Shown: in pieces, positions 51,231-64,000 of the stretch | How positions within the stretch are numbered: position 1 is the stretch's first letter | How the letters are laid out: every line of letters begins with the position of its first letter | Assembly (NCBI RefSeq): GCF_009914755.1 | Contig: NC_060928.1 | Direction: 5' to 3' (one strand) | Source: the human T2T-CHM13v2.0 reference genome, Homo sapiens | Length of the DNA: 64,000 nt | Notes under the pieces: model-generated | The model's input: only the letters and a program-made list of their open reading frames with translations | Told to the model about the DNA's origin: nothing | The model's database searches: none | Made by a program: the position numbers and the translations under genes

Positions 51231-52033
51231 AAATATAGTTCATTTTAAGTCATCCTTTTCTCAGGGGATTTCCTCATATGCTCCAAAACAAATGCCTCAG
51301 TTTGTTCTGTTTTGTTTTGTTTCTGTTCAGGCCTCTTCATTTTGCCTGAGTGTCTTTTGTGAGATATCCACACTGCTAGGCACAGATGTCCTCTACCTGT
51401 GCCTGTCTCTGAAGACTGTAACTTGCCCTCTGGCCAGAGGGAGAAGGAGGAAACCTTGCCTCTTCCCCAGCCCCGATCCAGGTGCCTTGAGCTTCCTGGC
51501 ATAGATGTCTGTTTCAACTTCCTGCCCCAGGGTGGACATGGTGCTCGGTCCAGCAGGTGACAGGAGGAAGAACCATTGTGAAAGGTGTCAAGACTACCAC
51601 GATAGGAGAAAGAGATTAGAGTTCAATTCCAAATACAGCAAGGACAGTGGAAATTTATTAATATAACCAAGAAACAGAATGTGAGGTGTGTGCGAGGTCA
51701 TTGGATGAAAAATTACTTGAGAAGAAACATCAAGGATAGAGGAAGTCTTGTTACACTGACTTAATAGGATTCTTGCTAAAGGTAGACCAAGTAATCAGAC
51801 ATCAAAGGTAGGTGCTTCCCTCTAAACTGATGTAGTAGCATTCTTGCTATTTATTACTGGGCCATGCAAGCCCAGCAAGCATGCGGACCAAGGTCAAGGG
51901 CTGGTGAAGAAGAGGGCTCAAACTAACTAGAGTTTAATCAAGGAGCAAATTGTCGTCAGTCTCTCTCTCTCTTTTTTTTTTTTTTTTCTGTTCAAAGAGA
52001 GAAGAGTCAATACAATACAGTGGACAGTACAGC

Positions 52034-52279
52034 TTTTTTTTTTTTTTTTTTTTTTTTTGTCATCCAGGCTGGAGTAGAGTGGTACGATCATGTCTTATTG
52101 CAGCCTCCATCTCCTGGGCCCAAGTGGTCCTCCTACCCCAGCCTCCTGGGTAGCTGGGAGCACAGGTGTGTACTGCTATGCCCTGACTAACTTTTTTATT
52201 TTTTGTAGAGCTCAACCAATCCTCCCCCTAGGCCTCCCAAAGTGCTGGGATTACTGGCATGAACCACTGTGCCAGGCCC
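52034..52279 (-). mobile_element. AluJ with deletions
   Basis: Diverged Alu text. Confidence 0.88.
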
Positions 52280-52566
52280 AATTTGATACTTTTCTTGCAG
52301 TTCAACGTATCAAATAAACATAATTAAAAAAAAACTCTCTCTCTTTACAAGGTGAAAGAATAAATTCTTTGAGATTTTCCAGAGGCCCTTTAGGAAAACT
52401 CAAATTCCATTCAAAATCAAGATTTCATTTAGAATTTGATTTGGGGAAGACAAAATTGTCAGAAATATCAAAAGGTTTGAGCATTTGAATAGATGAAATC
52501 TATGTGTGACACTGTGAAACAATAGCCACCTATTTGACCAGAGTGACAGCAAAAGAATTCAAAAGT

Positions 52567-52876
<310 letters not shown>

Positions 52877-52906
52877 GAATTCAAAAGTAAGTATGGAAGA
52901 TAAAAC

Positions 52907-53527
<621 letters not shown>

Positions 53528-54756
53528 TCATAGCTCTTTTAAAAAGTGAAAAGTGTTGTCTTCAATAATGAAGGACATAATCAAGGTTAACACAAAGCAT
53601 AGAAAATTACTCTGATAAGACACAAAATCTTGGTTTCCTGGGCAGATCACTCAAAAGAGAAGGATAACCTCTTTCTCTTACAACCTCTTATTAAGAGCAG
53701 ACCAATAATCCAAGGAAACTTTGTCATTTTTAATATAGAGAAAGCTAAATTGTAGTTTCACACCAGTGTACTTTTGGTGTACAATTTTACTCTTTCTAGT
53801 GTACTTTTTTTATTTTTTAAAGCCCTTATAAATAAACCTATCCAATCTTAGTCAGCTTTGACCACGAGATAAAATTCCTTTTCCAAGATTCCTTTTCCAC
53901 AAGCACTCTACAACTTTTTATATCCATTCAGTTTTTGTCTTCTACTTTTTATCTTTCTCATTCTGGAACAACCAGTCATTTTAATCTAGGATAAAATTAC
54001 TCTCTTTTTCTCTTAACAGAAACACATCCTACATTGCTTGCATACTTTTTATGCAAAGTTGCTTCTCCTCACCCTTACAATTTCTAGTAGTTTTATTTAC
54101 ATATATTGATTATTATTTTTAACCATTAGTAACCTTTTTTTTTTAACAGAGAATACTAGGAAGTAGACAATTGTGGATTGTCTGTCACATACCAGCCGTC
54201 TGTGGCAGACTAGCGTATTTTATGAATATATATCATCCGACAACTTTTATAGGTATATGCTTCTTCATAGTACAATTTTCCAATGTGGCAAAAAGAACAT
54301 GTTTATTAATAGATCCAAATATATTTAGCTTGGCTGTACCATATAAAAATGAGAAACCAGAAGTATATAAAATTAAACTTATGCTTAATAATGAATGTTT
54401 CAGTAGTTTATCTTACTTAGAAATGATCTACATATTTAATGGATATCTATTATTTAACTTAGCATAACTGTAAGGTTCCAAGTTACCAAAAAGATTTTGG
54501 AAACTATTTTCAGGCAGACATACCATTAAACATAGCTAGCCATCATCTCACGTTATTTCTCTGTTAAGTACTTTTATAGTCTACGCCTGTTAGGCAAGTA
54601 TCGCATAAGCAAAAACCTAAAAAGTTTCAATACATTGGTTTTTTTGTTTTACTACTGTGCTTGATATGCATAAAGTAATGAATATCAAGTGACTCATTTT
54701 TACTACATCATTACTTGTACATTTGTTCTTAGAGTGAATTTATAATTTTTATAATC

Positions 54757-55056
54757 TTTGTGTTGTTGTTGTTTTGAGCTAGGGTCTCACTCCATTGCCT
54801 GGCTGGAGTGAATGGCGTGATCTCCTCTCACTGCAGCCTCGACCTCCCAGGCTCAGGTGATCCTCCCACCTTGGCCTCTGGGGTAGCTGGGACGACAGCC
54901 ACACGCCACCATGCCTGGCTAATTTTTTGTATTTTTTGTAGAGACAGGGTCTTACTATATTGCCCAGGCTGGTGTTGAGCTCCTGGGCTCAGGCAATCTG
55001 CCCACCTTGGCCCCCAAAGTCCTGGGATTTACAGGCATGAACCACCGCACCTGGCC
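54757..55056 (-). mobile_element. AluJ
   Basis: TSD aatttttataatctt. Confidence 0.93.
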
Positions 55057-55368
55057 AATTTTTATAATCTTAAATATCTAGTAAATATAATATTACCTCA
55101 CTTGACTAGTAACCCCAAGTAGAATAAAAATGAGCATATCATACTTAATGATGAAAATTATAAGACATACTCATTTTTATTAAGCCAATAATACCAAATT
55201 AGTCTTATTTATCAAAGATTTACTCAATACATGTGAACTTGAAAAACATTTGGGTTAGTTCTTATATTTCTAAGAGTTTTAGGAATATTAACTTTACTTA
55301 AGCACGTATTTATCTCTAAGTGAATTTAAACAGCATTCTTTTATAGGATTTTAGAAATTAATTTGATG

Positions 55369-55497
55369 GGGCCAGGCGTGGTGGCTCATGTCTGTAATCC
55401 CAACACTTTGGGAGGCCAAGGCAAGTGGATCACTTGAGGCCTGGAGTTTGAGACCAGCCTGGCCAGCATGGTGAAACCCTGTCTCTACTAAAAAATA
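55369..55497 (+). mobile_element. Alu left arm
   Basis: Ends at ctactaaaaaata. Confidence 0.9.
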
Positions 55498-55502
55498 AGA
55501 GA

Positions 55503-55808
55503 GGCCAGGTGTGGTGGCTCATGCCGGTAATCCCAGCACTCTGGGAGGCTGAGGTGGGAGGATCACCTGAGGTCAGGAGTTCAAGGCTAGCCTGGCCAAC
55601 ATGGTAAAACCCTATCTCTACTAAAAATACAAAAATTAGCCGAGTGTTGTGGTGCACACCTGTAATCCCAGCTACTCAGGAGGCTGAGGCAGGAGAATTG
55701 CTCCAACCCAGGAGGCAGAAGTTGCAGTTAGCCAAGATTGCGCCACTGTACTCCAGCCTAGGCAACAGAGTGAGACTACGTCTCAAAAAAAAAAAAAAAA
55801 AAAAAAAA
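55503..55808 (+). mobile_element. Alu (AluSx-like)
   Basis: Full dimer with long poly(A). Confidence 0.95.
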
Positions 55809-55844
55809 GAGAGACAGACAATAAAAATCTGTCCGTTCGGTTTT

Positions 55845-56145
55845 TAATTTTTAATTTAATTTAATTTTATTTTATTTTTACAGAGTTTTGCTGTTTTGCC
55901 CAGGCTGAAGTGGCACAATCTCAGCTCACTGCAACCTCCACCCCCTGGGTTCAAGTGATTCTTCTGCCTCAGCCTCCCGAGTAGCTGGGCGCCCACCACC
56001 ATGCCCAGCTAATTTTTGTATTTTTAGTAGAGATGAGGTTTTGCCATGCTGGCCAGGCCAGTCTCAAACTCCTGGCCTCATATGATTCACCCACCTCTGC
56101 CCCCCAAAGTGTTAGGATTACAGGCGTGAGCCACCAAGCCCAGCC
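55845..56145 (-). mobile_element. Alu (AluS) with small deletions
   Basis: Dimer; flanked by ctgtcc. Confidence 0.92.
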
Positions 56146-56330
56146 TGTCCTTACATCTTAAGAATCAAAATCAAAAGTGCTTCAACAGACTGTCATTTGC
56201 TGCCCTTCTTCAGGAGCCAGACTCATCAACGTGATCCCTAACCAGTCAGGAGTGAAGGCAAAGTCTTCAAAGGTGAACACTTGAGGTCCTGGGAGAGCAG
56301 TTTTGGGAGTCCATTGATGAATCTGATCCT

Positions 56331-56348
56331 ATGTGAGTCACAACACCA
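56331..56348 (-). other. Primer-binding site, tRNA-His-like
   Basis: Minus strand TGGTGTTGTGACTCACAT vs His PBS TGGTGCCGTGACTCGGAT (14/18), immediately inside the 5' LTR. Confidence 0.65.
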
Positions 56349-56562
56349 TAACAGTTCAGGAAAAAATTATTCTGACACTTGTTACAATGATAAGGAAGAC
56401 TTTATTCAGGACAATTACAATAGGTATCAAGACTCAATAGAGTAGAGAGACAGGGCTCAATTCCAAATACAGCAAGGACAAATGGGGATTTATAACCAAC
56501 TTTCAGAGTTGTGGAGTCTATGGATGGAAATTATGAAGATGAGACATCAACGGTAGGGAAAT

Positions 56563-56889
56563 TCTTTTTTTTTTTTTTTTTTTCCTTTTTGAGACAAGGT
56601 CTTGCTCTGTTACTGTCACTCAGGCTGGAGTGCAGTGGCACAATCATGGCTCACTGCAGACTTGACCTCCTGGGCTCAAGCAATCCTTTTACCTCAGCCT
56701 CCTGAGTAGCTGGGACCACAGGTGTGTACCACCATGCCTAGCTAATTTTTTAATTTTGTTGTTTTTTTAGAGATGAGGTCTTGTTATGTTACCCACACTG
56801 GTCTTGAACTCTTGGCCTCAAATGATCTTCCTGCCTGGCACTCCCAAAGTGTTGAGATTACAGACCATGGTGAGCCACCATGCCCAGCC
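56563..56889 (-). mobile_element. AluJ within the MER31 5' LTR
   Basis: TSD acRgtagggaRatt. Confidence 0.93.
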
Positions 56890-57082
56890 TACAGTAGGGA
56901 GATTATTGTTAAACCAACTTAAACAGGGCTCTTGTTAAAGCAGGCCAGGGTGATCAGGTATTAAGGATGAGGGATTCTCTCTATACTGACTTAATAGAAT
57001 TCCTGATACAACTGAACTATGCAGGCCTGGCAAGGATGGGAGCCAATATTGAGGCTAATTGAAAGGAGAGGAGAATTCAGAG

Positions 57083-57399
<317 letters not shown>

Positions 57400-57464
57400 C
57401 ATTCAGAGGATCTTGACTAAAATTTGATCAAGGAGAGTCTTTGCCAGTCCCTACAAGGGGGATC

Positions 57465-57515
57465 CGTATTTTCATTTTGCACTAGGCCCCACAAATTGTG
57501 TAGCTAGCCAGTCCT
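57465..57515. mobile_element. MER45-like hAT-Tip100 terminal fragment
   Basis: tttcattttgcactaggccccacaaattgtgtagc. Confidence 0.55.
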
Positions 57516-57923
57516 GTACATAGCCCAGGTAGCATGAATACGTACGCTATTTGTTTCCTTGGGATTCTATTTCCTCAGGCATTAGCTGGCGAAAAGTTTA
57601 GCCTGAACATTCTTTTTGCCACAATCTGGTCTCCAGATCTCCTAGTGAACACATGCTTGGACAAAGCCAAGCACTTATCTCCCAAGAATGAAATAATTTT
57701 TAGCTATGGATTAGTTGCAATTCAGTTTATGCAGGAAAATATTTTCTATCTCTAGAGTGGCACGGTTCAGTTGATAAGGTGCTAATTTAAATGACTAAGC
57801 AGAATGTTAACATCTCAGTTCAAAGGATCTGAGTTTGTGTAACTTGCTGATTCATGGCTTCTTTTGAAGAATTGGGAATTAACTGGCCTTAGGTTTATAT
57901 TACTAAAAAGTTCACCAAAGTGT

Positions 57924-58129
<206 letters not shown>

Positions 58130-58298
58130 TCAGTTCTTTACCCCCACCCAGAATGCAGAAGCAATCCCCCAAATTGCAGTTTTCCAGCTTCAAATACTCG
58201 AAGATCCAGCCTCCATCAGCCCTTGATAGCAAAGCTTTTGCTGCTGTAATTGTTATACTAAGATTCTTTGATTTTATTTTCGCCAAGCTTTATAGTAT

Positions 58299-58343
58299 GC
58301 ACTTTTCCTTTGAGTCGCACTTTTCCTTTGGGTCACACTTTTC
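58299..58343. repeat. 18-bp tandem repeat, about 2.5 copies
   Basis: gcacttttcctttgagtc gcacttttcctttgggtc acacttttc. Confidence 0.85.
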
Positions 58344-58708
58344 GGCCTTTGGAACTTGCCCTATGCTATGGTTTGAATGTGTCCCCCAAAGTTCATGTGT
58401 CGGGAAATTAATCCCCAGTGCAACAGTGTTGGGAGGTGGGGCCTAATAAGTGGTGATTATGATATGAGGGCTCTGTCCACATGAAGGGGGTTGGTTAGTT
58501 ATTGTGAGAATGGGCTTCTTATAAAGTGAGTTTGGCCCCTCCTGCTCTCTCACACATGCTCTCTTGCCCTTCCGCCATGGGATAGCATAGTAAGAGGGTC
58601 CTTGCCAGATGGAGGCCCTTGACCTAGGACTTCTTGGCCCTCAGAACTGTAAGAAATAACTTAAAAATAGTAATAACAAATTGCCCAGTCTGTGGTATTC
58701 TGTTATAG

Positions 58709-59011
58709 CAGTGGCTCATACCTGTAATCCCAGCACTCTGGGAGGCCAAGGCGGGTGGGTCACTTAAGGTCAAGAATTCGAGACCAGCCTGGCCAACATG
58801 GTGAAACCCCATCTCTACTAAAAATACGAAAATTAGCCAGGCATGGTGGCACACACCTGTAACCCCAGCTACTCGAGAGGCTGAGGCAGGAGAATTGCTT
58901 GAACCCAGGAACCCAGGAGGCAGAGATTGCAGTGGGCTGAGATCACACCATTGCACTCCAACCTGGGCAATAGAGCGAGACTCCATCTCCAAAAAAAAAA
59001 AAAAAAAAAAA
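58709..59011 (+). mobile_element. Alu (AluS), slightly 5'-truncated
   Basis: Starts at cagtggctcatacc. Confidence 0.93.
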
Positions 59012-59012
59012 A

Positions 59013-59312
59013 GGCAGGGTGCGGTGGCTCATGTCTGTAATCCCAGCACTTTGGGAGGCCGAGGTGGGCGGATCACAAGGTCAGGAGTTCAAGACCAGCC
59101 TGACCAACATGGTGAAACCTTGTCTCTACTAAAAATACAAAAATTAGCTGGGCGTGGTGGTGTGCACCTGTAGTCCCAGCTACTCACGAGGCTGAGGCAG
59201 AAGAATCACTTGAATCTTGCGGGGCAGAAGTTGCAGTGAGTCGAGATTGCACCACTGCACTCCAGCCTGGGAGACAGAGCAAAACTCTGTTTAAAAAAAA
59301 AAAAAAAAAAAA
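59013..59312 (+). mobile_element. Alu (AluSg-like)
   Basis: Full dimer. Confidence 0.95.
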
Positions 59313-60595
59313 TGGAATAAAGGACAGGTCTAGTTTTGTTTAAACAGGCCCCAGGAATAAAGACCTGTTTTTAACTGTAGGCTGCTTTTAAATTAAGTTC
59401 AGTTTTGAGAATTGAATTCATTCAGATTAACCGTAGAGACCTCAAGGTTACTAGATTCCTAAAAGCTACTCACCTCCAGAAGACCCAAATCGGGTAAGCC
59501 TGGAAGTTGACAAAGCAACAAAAGTGGATCCTGACTCTAGAAATCCAAAGCAGCTCTTGACCCTCTAGACAACTTCAGTTTCCTCCAGGACTCACATGGA
59601 AGCAAGCCAAGTAGTTATTACATATCTAATTCAGTGTTTGAGTGAAATATGAGAGTGTTGTATTGGGTTAAAGGGCATAGGAAATCCTTTTCGTCACATC
59701 ACGATGGCTCTTCATTTTATATTCTTTGAATAAGGAAGATTCCAGAAGTTACCTTCTCAACACAAATCACAATGGCTTCCACGATGGGCAGTGATGCTTG
59801 AGAAATGTCATGTTGCTTAACACTCAGACTTTTTGAACTATGCATCAATGTATTTGTGTAAAATACGACTGTAAGGGCCCTTCAGGCAAAGATGTCTGCA
59901 AACATTTTCATTTTCTTGTAAATAATTACTGGAAAGGGAAAAAAGCAATTAGAAAGAAGGACTTCAGCATCCTAAGTTCTTGTGCCCCGTCCAAATCTGC
60001 TTTCTAAAGTCTCTATGGGAAAACCAGAAATATCATTTTAATGGCCTGGGTGGGTTCTTGCATTATAAGTATACAGAGCAGTATGTTGAGAAAGCTTAGT
60101 GCTCTGAATCACCCAATGTACTTTATACATTTATTTAGAGAAGAATAGTTTAGTTTTAATTATTTATGATAATAGCTCTCAGTGCACTAGTAAATGTCCT
60201 TTGGTGCATATTTTGTAAAAGTAATGAAGTCTTTGTAATGTGAGCTTTCTCTTCAGCTATAAGCTGCCCTCTTTTTTTGCTGAAGAACCAGGGCAGCAGA
60301 ATGTGTTTGTGTTTGTGTATAAGTGTGTGTATAAATTACCAGGCTTGAGGTTTAGCAAAATGCTATTGAACGTAATTGAGGATTTCTAAGAATTATTCCT
60401 GGATGTACTCACTGTCCCATCTCCCAATCATCCTCTCTTACAGCCATAGCCTTAGCAACTTGGCCAGAGAAGGAATCACCATGAGGGAGATGAGCAGCCT
60501 GTCTGAATATTTGTTTTTGTTTTCTTTCAGTGTTTTTCTTATTGTTCTTCCTCTGTGGCAATAATCTATGATATTGTAATAAAACACATAGCTAG

Positions 60596-60993
<398 letters not shown>

Positions 60994-61477
60994 GTAATTG
61001 CCTTATTTTCAAATGAGATCCTAAACTAATCATAGTCATTCAGACAGAATAATAGTTCTGGCAATGTCAAAATTATCCACCTACAGATTAGACATGGCTT
61101 CTGTGTGAGTGAAACATACTGACCAGCTTTGCTTCTTGTCTCTAGAAAAAAGAAATAAAGAGCCTTTCAGACATTAGATTTGAAGTAAATGGGCCACCCA
61201 TGAATTAAAACCAATGGAAGAAATCAGATAATCTGGATGGAAATCTGGGGGCTGATTCTTGTGGGACAAATGCAGTGCCTGGTTCCTGAAGCAACAATGC
61301 CAGAAGGGACACGTGGGGAACATGTCAGACTGAAGGCACCCTGCTCCATGTCGATGGGCACAAAATCGGCGGCAACTTCTAAAATGCGTGGCAATGCCAC
61401 CTGCCCATCAAGGTTAGAATGTCAGTTCACAGATGCAACAGAAAAGACAAGATTGATCATGAAAATTGCTTTAACAC

Positions 61478-61962
61478 TTCTTTTCTTTTTCTTTCTTTCT
61501 TTTCTTTTTTTGAGACAGAGTCTCACTCTGTCGCCCAGGCGGGAGTGCAGCGGCACAATCTCGGCTCACTGCAACCTCTGCCTCCCAGGTTCAAGCTAAT
61601 TCTCCTGCCTCAGCCTCCTGAGTAGCTGGGATTACAGGCACATCCCACCATGCCCAGCTAATTTTTGTATTTTTAGTAGAGATGGGATTTCACGCCGGGC
61701 GCGGTGGCTTACGCCTGTGATCCCAGCTCTCAGGGAGGCAAGAGGCAGGAGGATAGCTTGAGCCCAGGAGTTCGAGACCTGCCTGGGCAATATAGTGAGA
61801 CCCCATTCTCCAGAAAAAGGAAAAAAAAAAAAAAAAAAAGAAAAAAAGAGATGGGATTTCACCACTTTGGCCAGGCTGGTCTCGAACTCCTAACCTCAGG
61901 TGATTCTCATGCCTTGGCCTCCCAAAGTGCTGGGATTATAGGTGTGAGCCATTGCACCCAGC
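61478..61962 (-). mobile_element. Alu (AluSx-like) split by a BC200 insertion
   Basis: Host Alu halves 61478-61693 and 61847-61962; TSD tttaaca. Confidence 0.93.
61694..61846 (+). pseudogene. BC200 (BCYRN1) RNA processed pseudogene
   Basis: BC200-diagnostic cccagctctcagggagg, aggatagcttgagccc, gagacctgcctgggcaatatag and ttctccagaaaaagga; perfect 16-bp TSD agagatgggatttcac; lacks the unique 3' domain. Confidence 0.93.
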
Positions 61963-62011
61963 TTTAACATTTCTATCTACAAAGTTTTCTTGTTAAATGG
62001 AAGAGGACTAT

Positions 62012-62095
62012 TGTAGTCATCTATTGCCATGTAACAGATATCCCAAAACTTAATGGCTTAAACCATACCATTTTATTTATTTGCTTACAATTCAT
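62012..62095 (-). mobile_element. MLT1-like LTR fragment
   Basis: ctattgccatgtaacagatatcccaaaacttaatggcttaaac. Confidence 0.6.
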
Positions 62096-62207
62096 GTTAA
62101 GATTCATTAGTTCATCATGAGATCCCTCCACCAAGAAAAAAACAAACTGTATTGATCACCTTTGGAGGATCCTAGGGAAACAACTGGCTAATTTAAAATC
62201 TGCTTAG

Positions 62208-62340
62208 ATGCTTTTGTAGTTCATAGGCGTGGTAATTGGGTGTTCACGTGCATGTGTGAGATGTGCCACGCTCCAGCCTTGTTACAACATCAGCATGTTA
62301 TCCATCTAACATGAAAACAATAAAATAAAACAAAATAAAA
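62208..62340 (+). pseudogene. U13 snoRNA (SNORD13-like) processed pseudogene
   Basis: atgcttttgtagttcataggcgtggtaattgggtgttcac...gtgagatgtgccac...ccttgttacaac...catctaac matches U13; A-rich tail; box C and D degenerate. Confidence 0.88.
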
Positions 62341-62914
62341 TTGGGTTAATAGAGAGAATTAAGAATTTATCTTGTCTTTACATATACTCTACCTGCCAGC
62401 ATTGAAGAAACATTTGTCGACAAAAGTATTTCAGATAAAAAAGAAGCAATTTTTAAAATCACCATTTGTAACCCCTAATTAGCTGCTGACCCTAGGCAAT
62501 GACTATCAATGTCTGATAATGTCATAAGAAGAGACTTTTGAACATTATATGTGCCTCCTGATAGGTGTGTGCAACATCACCCATTAAGTTGTGTTGCCAA
62601 CAATAACAACCAAGTGTTGAATCTGATCAGGCCTTTAGTTCTAACTACCATTTCACAGGAAATAACAAGGAACACTGTAACACATTTTCTTAAAAAAACA
62701 GTATAAGAATGGAATCAGCAAAATCTAGACTATGGGAAACTCAGTAGGTCAAAAAACCAAGTTTCTTCAATAAAAAAATTTAAAAATAAAACAGAGAGTG
62801 ATGGGGTGGATGGTAAATGGGTGCAGATGTGGGGAGAAAGTTAAAATACTTAGCAATCAGTTGCAATGCATGGGCCTTATTTGGATCCAAATAAAAACTG
62901 TAAAAGAAGAAGAA

Positions 62915-63287
<373 letters not shown>

Positions 63288-63356
63288 TTATTGTTAATTT
63301 TTTTAGATGTGATGGTAACATTATAATTTTGCTTAAAAAAAAAAAGAGTTTTTGTT

Positions 63357-63507
63357 TGGGTGCAGTGGCTCGCATCTGTAATTCCAGCACTTTGGGAGGC
63401 TGAGGCAGGAGGACTGTTTGAGCCCAGGAGTTCAAGGTTATAGTGAGTTATGATCCTGCCACTGCACTCCAGCCTGGGTGACACAGGAAAGCCCTGTCTC
63501 AAAAAAT
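63357..63507 (+). mobile_element. FRAM-like Alu monomer
   Basis: Monomer; TSD approximately aaaaaNagtt. Confidence 0.85.
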
Positions 63508-63944
63508 AGTTCTTATCTTTTAGACATAATACTAAAATATATACAAGGAAATGATGTATTATCTAGAATTTTTTCTAAATAATCAGGGGTGAGATTGTAG
63601 GTGGGTATATAAGTATATAGGTGAAACAAAAGTGGCTATTTATTGTTAGCTGAAGTTAGGCAACAGATACGTTGGGAAGTTCATACTATTATCTCTATTT
63701 GAGTGTGTTTGAGAAGTTCCATAGTATTTTTTTAATCAATGGAAATGACTGAAAGAAATGAAATATCATAGCTTCCAAACCAGAATGTGGAGAAAAGGAA
63801 AGAGAGGGCAGGGAGAAAAAACAAGAAAACTTTATTAGTCCTGTAGAAGGCAAGAAAGAAGAAAAAAAAAGTTACCCAAATAGTCATCTCCTAGTAAATG
63901 AGACCCCTTTTCCCAAATCTTACACAGTCATGTTTCAACTGCTC

Positions 63945-64000
63945 ATATCTGGTCTCTGTAGTGAAAGTGCATTGAGCTAGGACAAGAGGTTCTAATCCTG
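63945..64000 (+). mobile_element. MIR 5' part, running off the window
   Basis: gtagtgaaagtgcattgagctagga...ggttctaatcctg. Confidence 0.5.

Larger units (their letters stand above)
58364..59327 (+). mobile_element. MSTB-like MaLR LTR with two Alus near its 3' end
   Basis: tgctatggtttgaatgtgtcccccaaagttcatgtg...gtattctgttatagca[Alus]aatggaataaaggaca. Confidence 0.85.

Noticed and set aside
51428-51450. CTCF-like tggccagagggaga
   Set aside because: Lacks the 3' GGCR core; poor match
61305-61330. Possible p53 element ggacacgtggggaacatgtca
   Set aside because: Neither half-site fits RRRCWWGYYY fully

Overview
Primate genomic DNA, probably catarrhine or human given AluY-type, BC200, LTR12 and LTR2 elements. 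It is intergenic or deep-intronic, with no credible protein-coding exon. The ORF track is almost entirely Alu, L1 or LTR read-through or chance ORFs; one ORF is a recognisable fossil of a CR1/L3 ORF2 C-terminus. The window holds about 65 Alu elements or monomers (roughly a third of the bases), fragmented L1/L2/L3/MIR elements, hAT MITEs (MER30, MER53, MER63, MER5, MER45) and many ERV/MaLR LTRs (MSTA, LTR2, LTR41, LTR16, MLT1, MST, LTR48-like, LTR8, MER4A, MER21, MER48, LTR12). It also has a degenerate two-LTR MER31-type provirus with a tRNA-His-like PBS. Three L1-mediated small-RNA retrocopies are present: a BC200 copy, a U13 snoRNA copy and an unexplained 41-nt MER4-LTR hairpin fragment with its own poly(A) tail and TSD, which is the most unusual item. 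Repeat family names come from recalled consensus sequences rather than a database search. Subfamily calls and boundaries (plus or minus about 10-20 bp unless a TSD is given) need RepeatMasker/Dfam confirmation.
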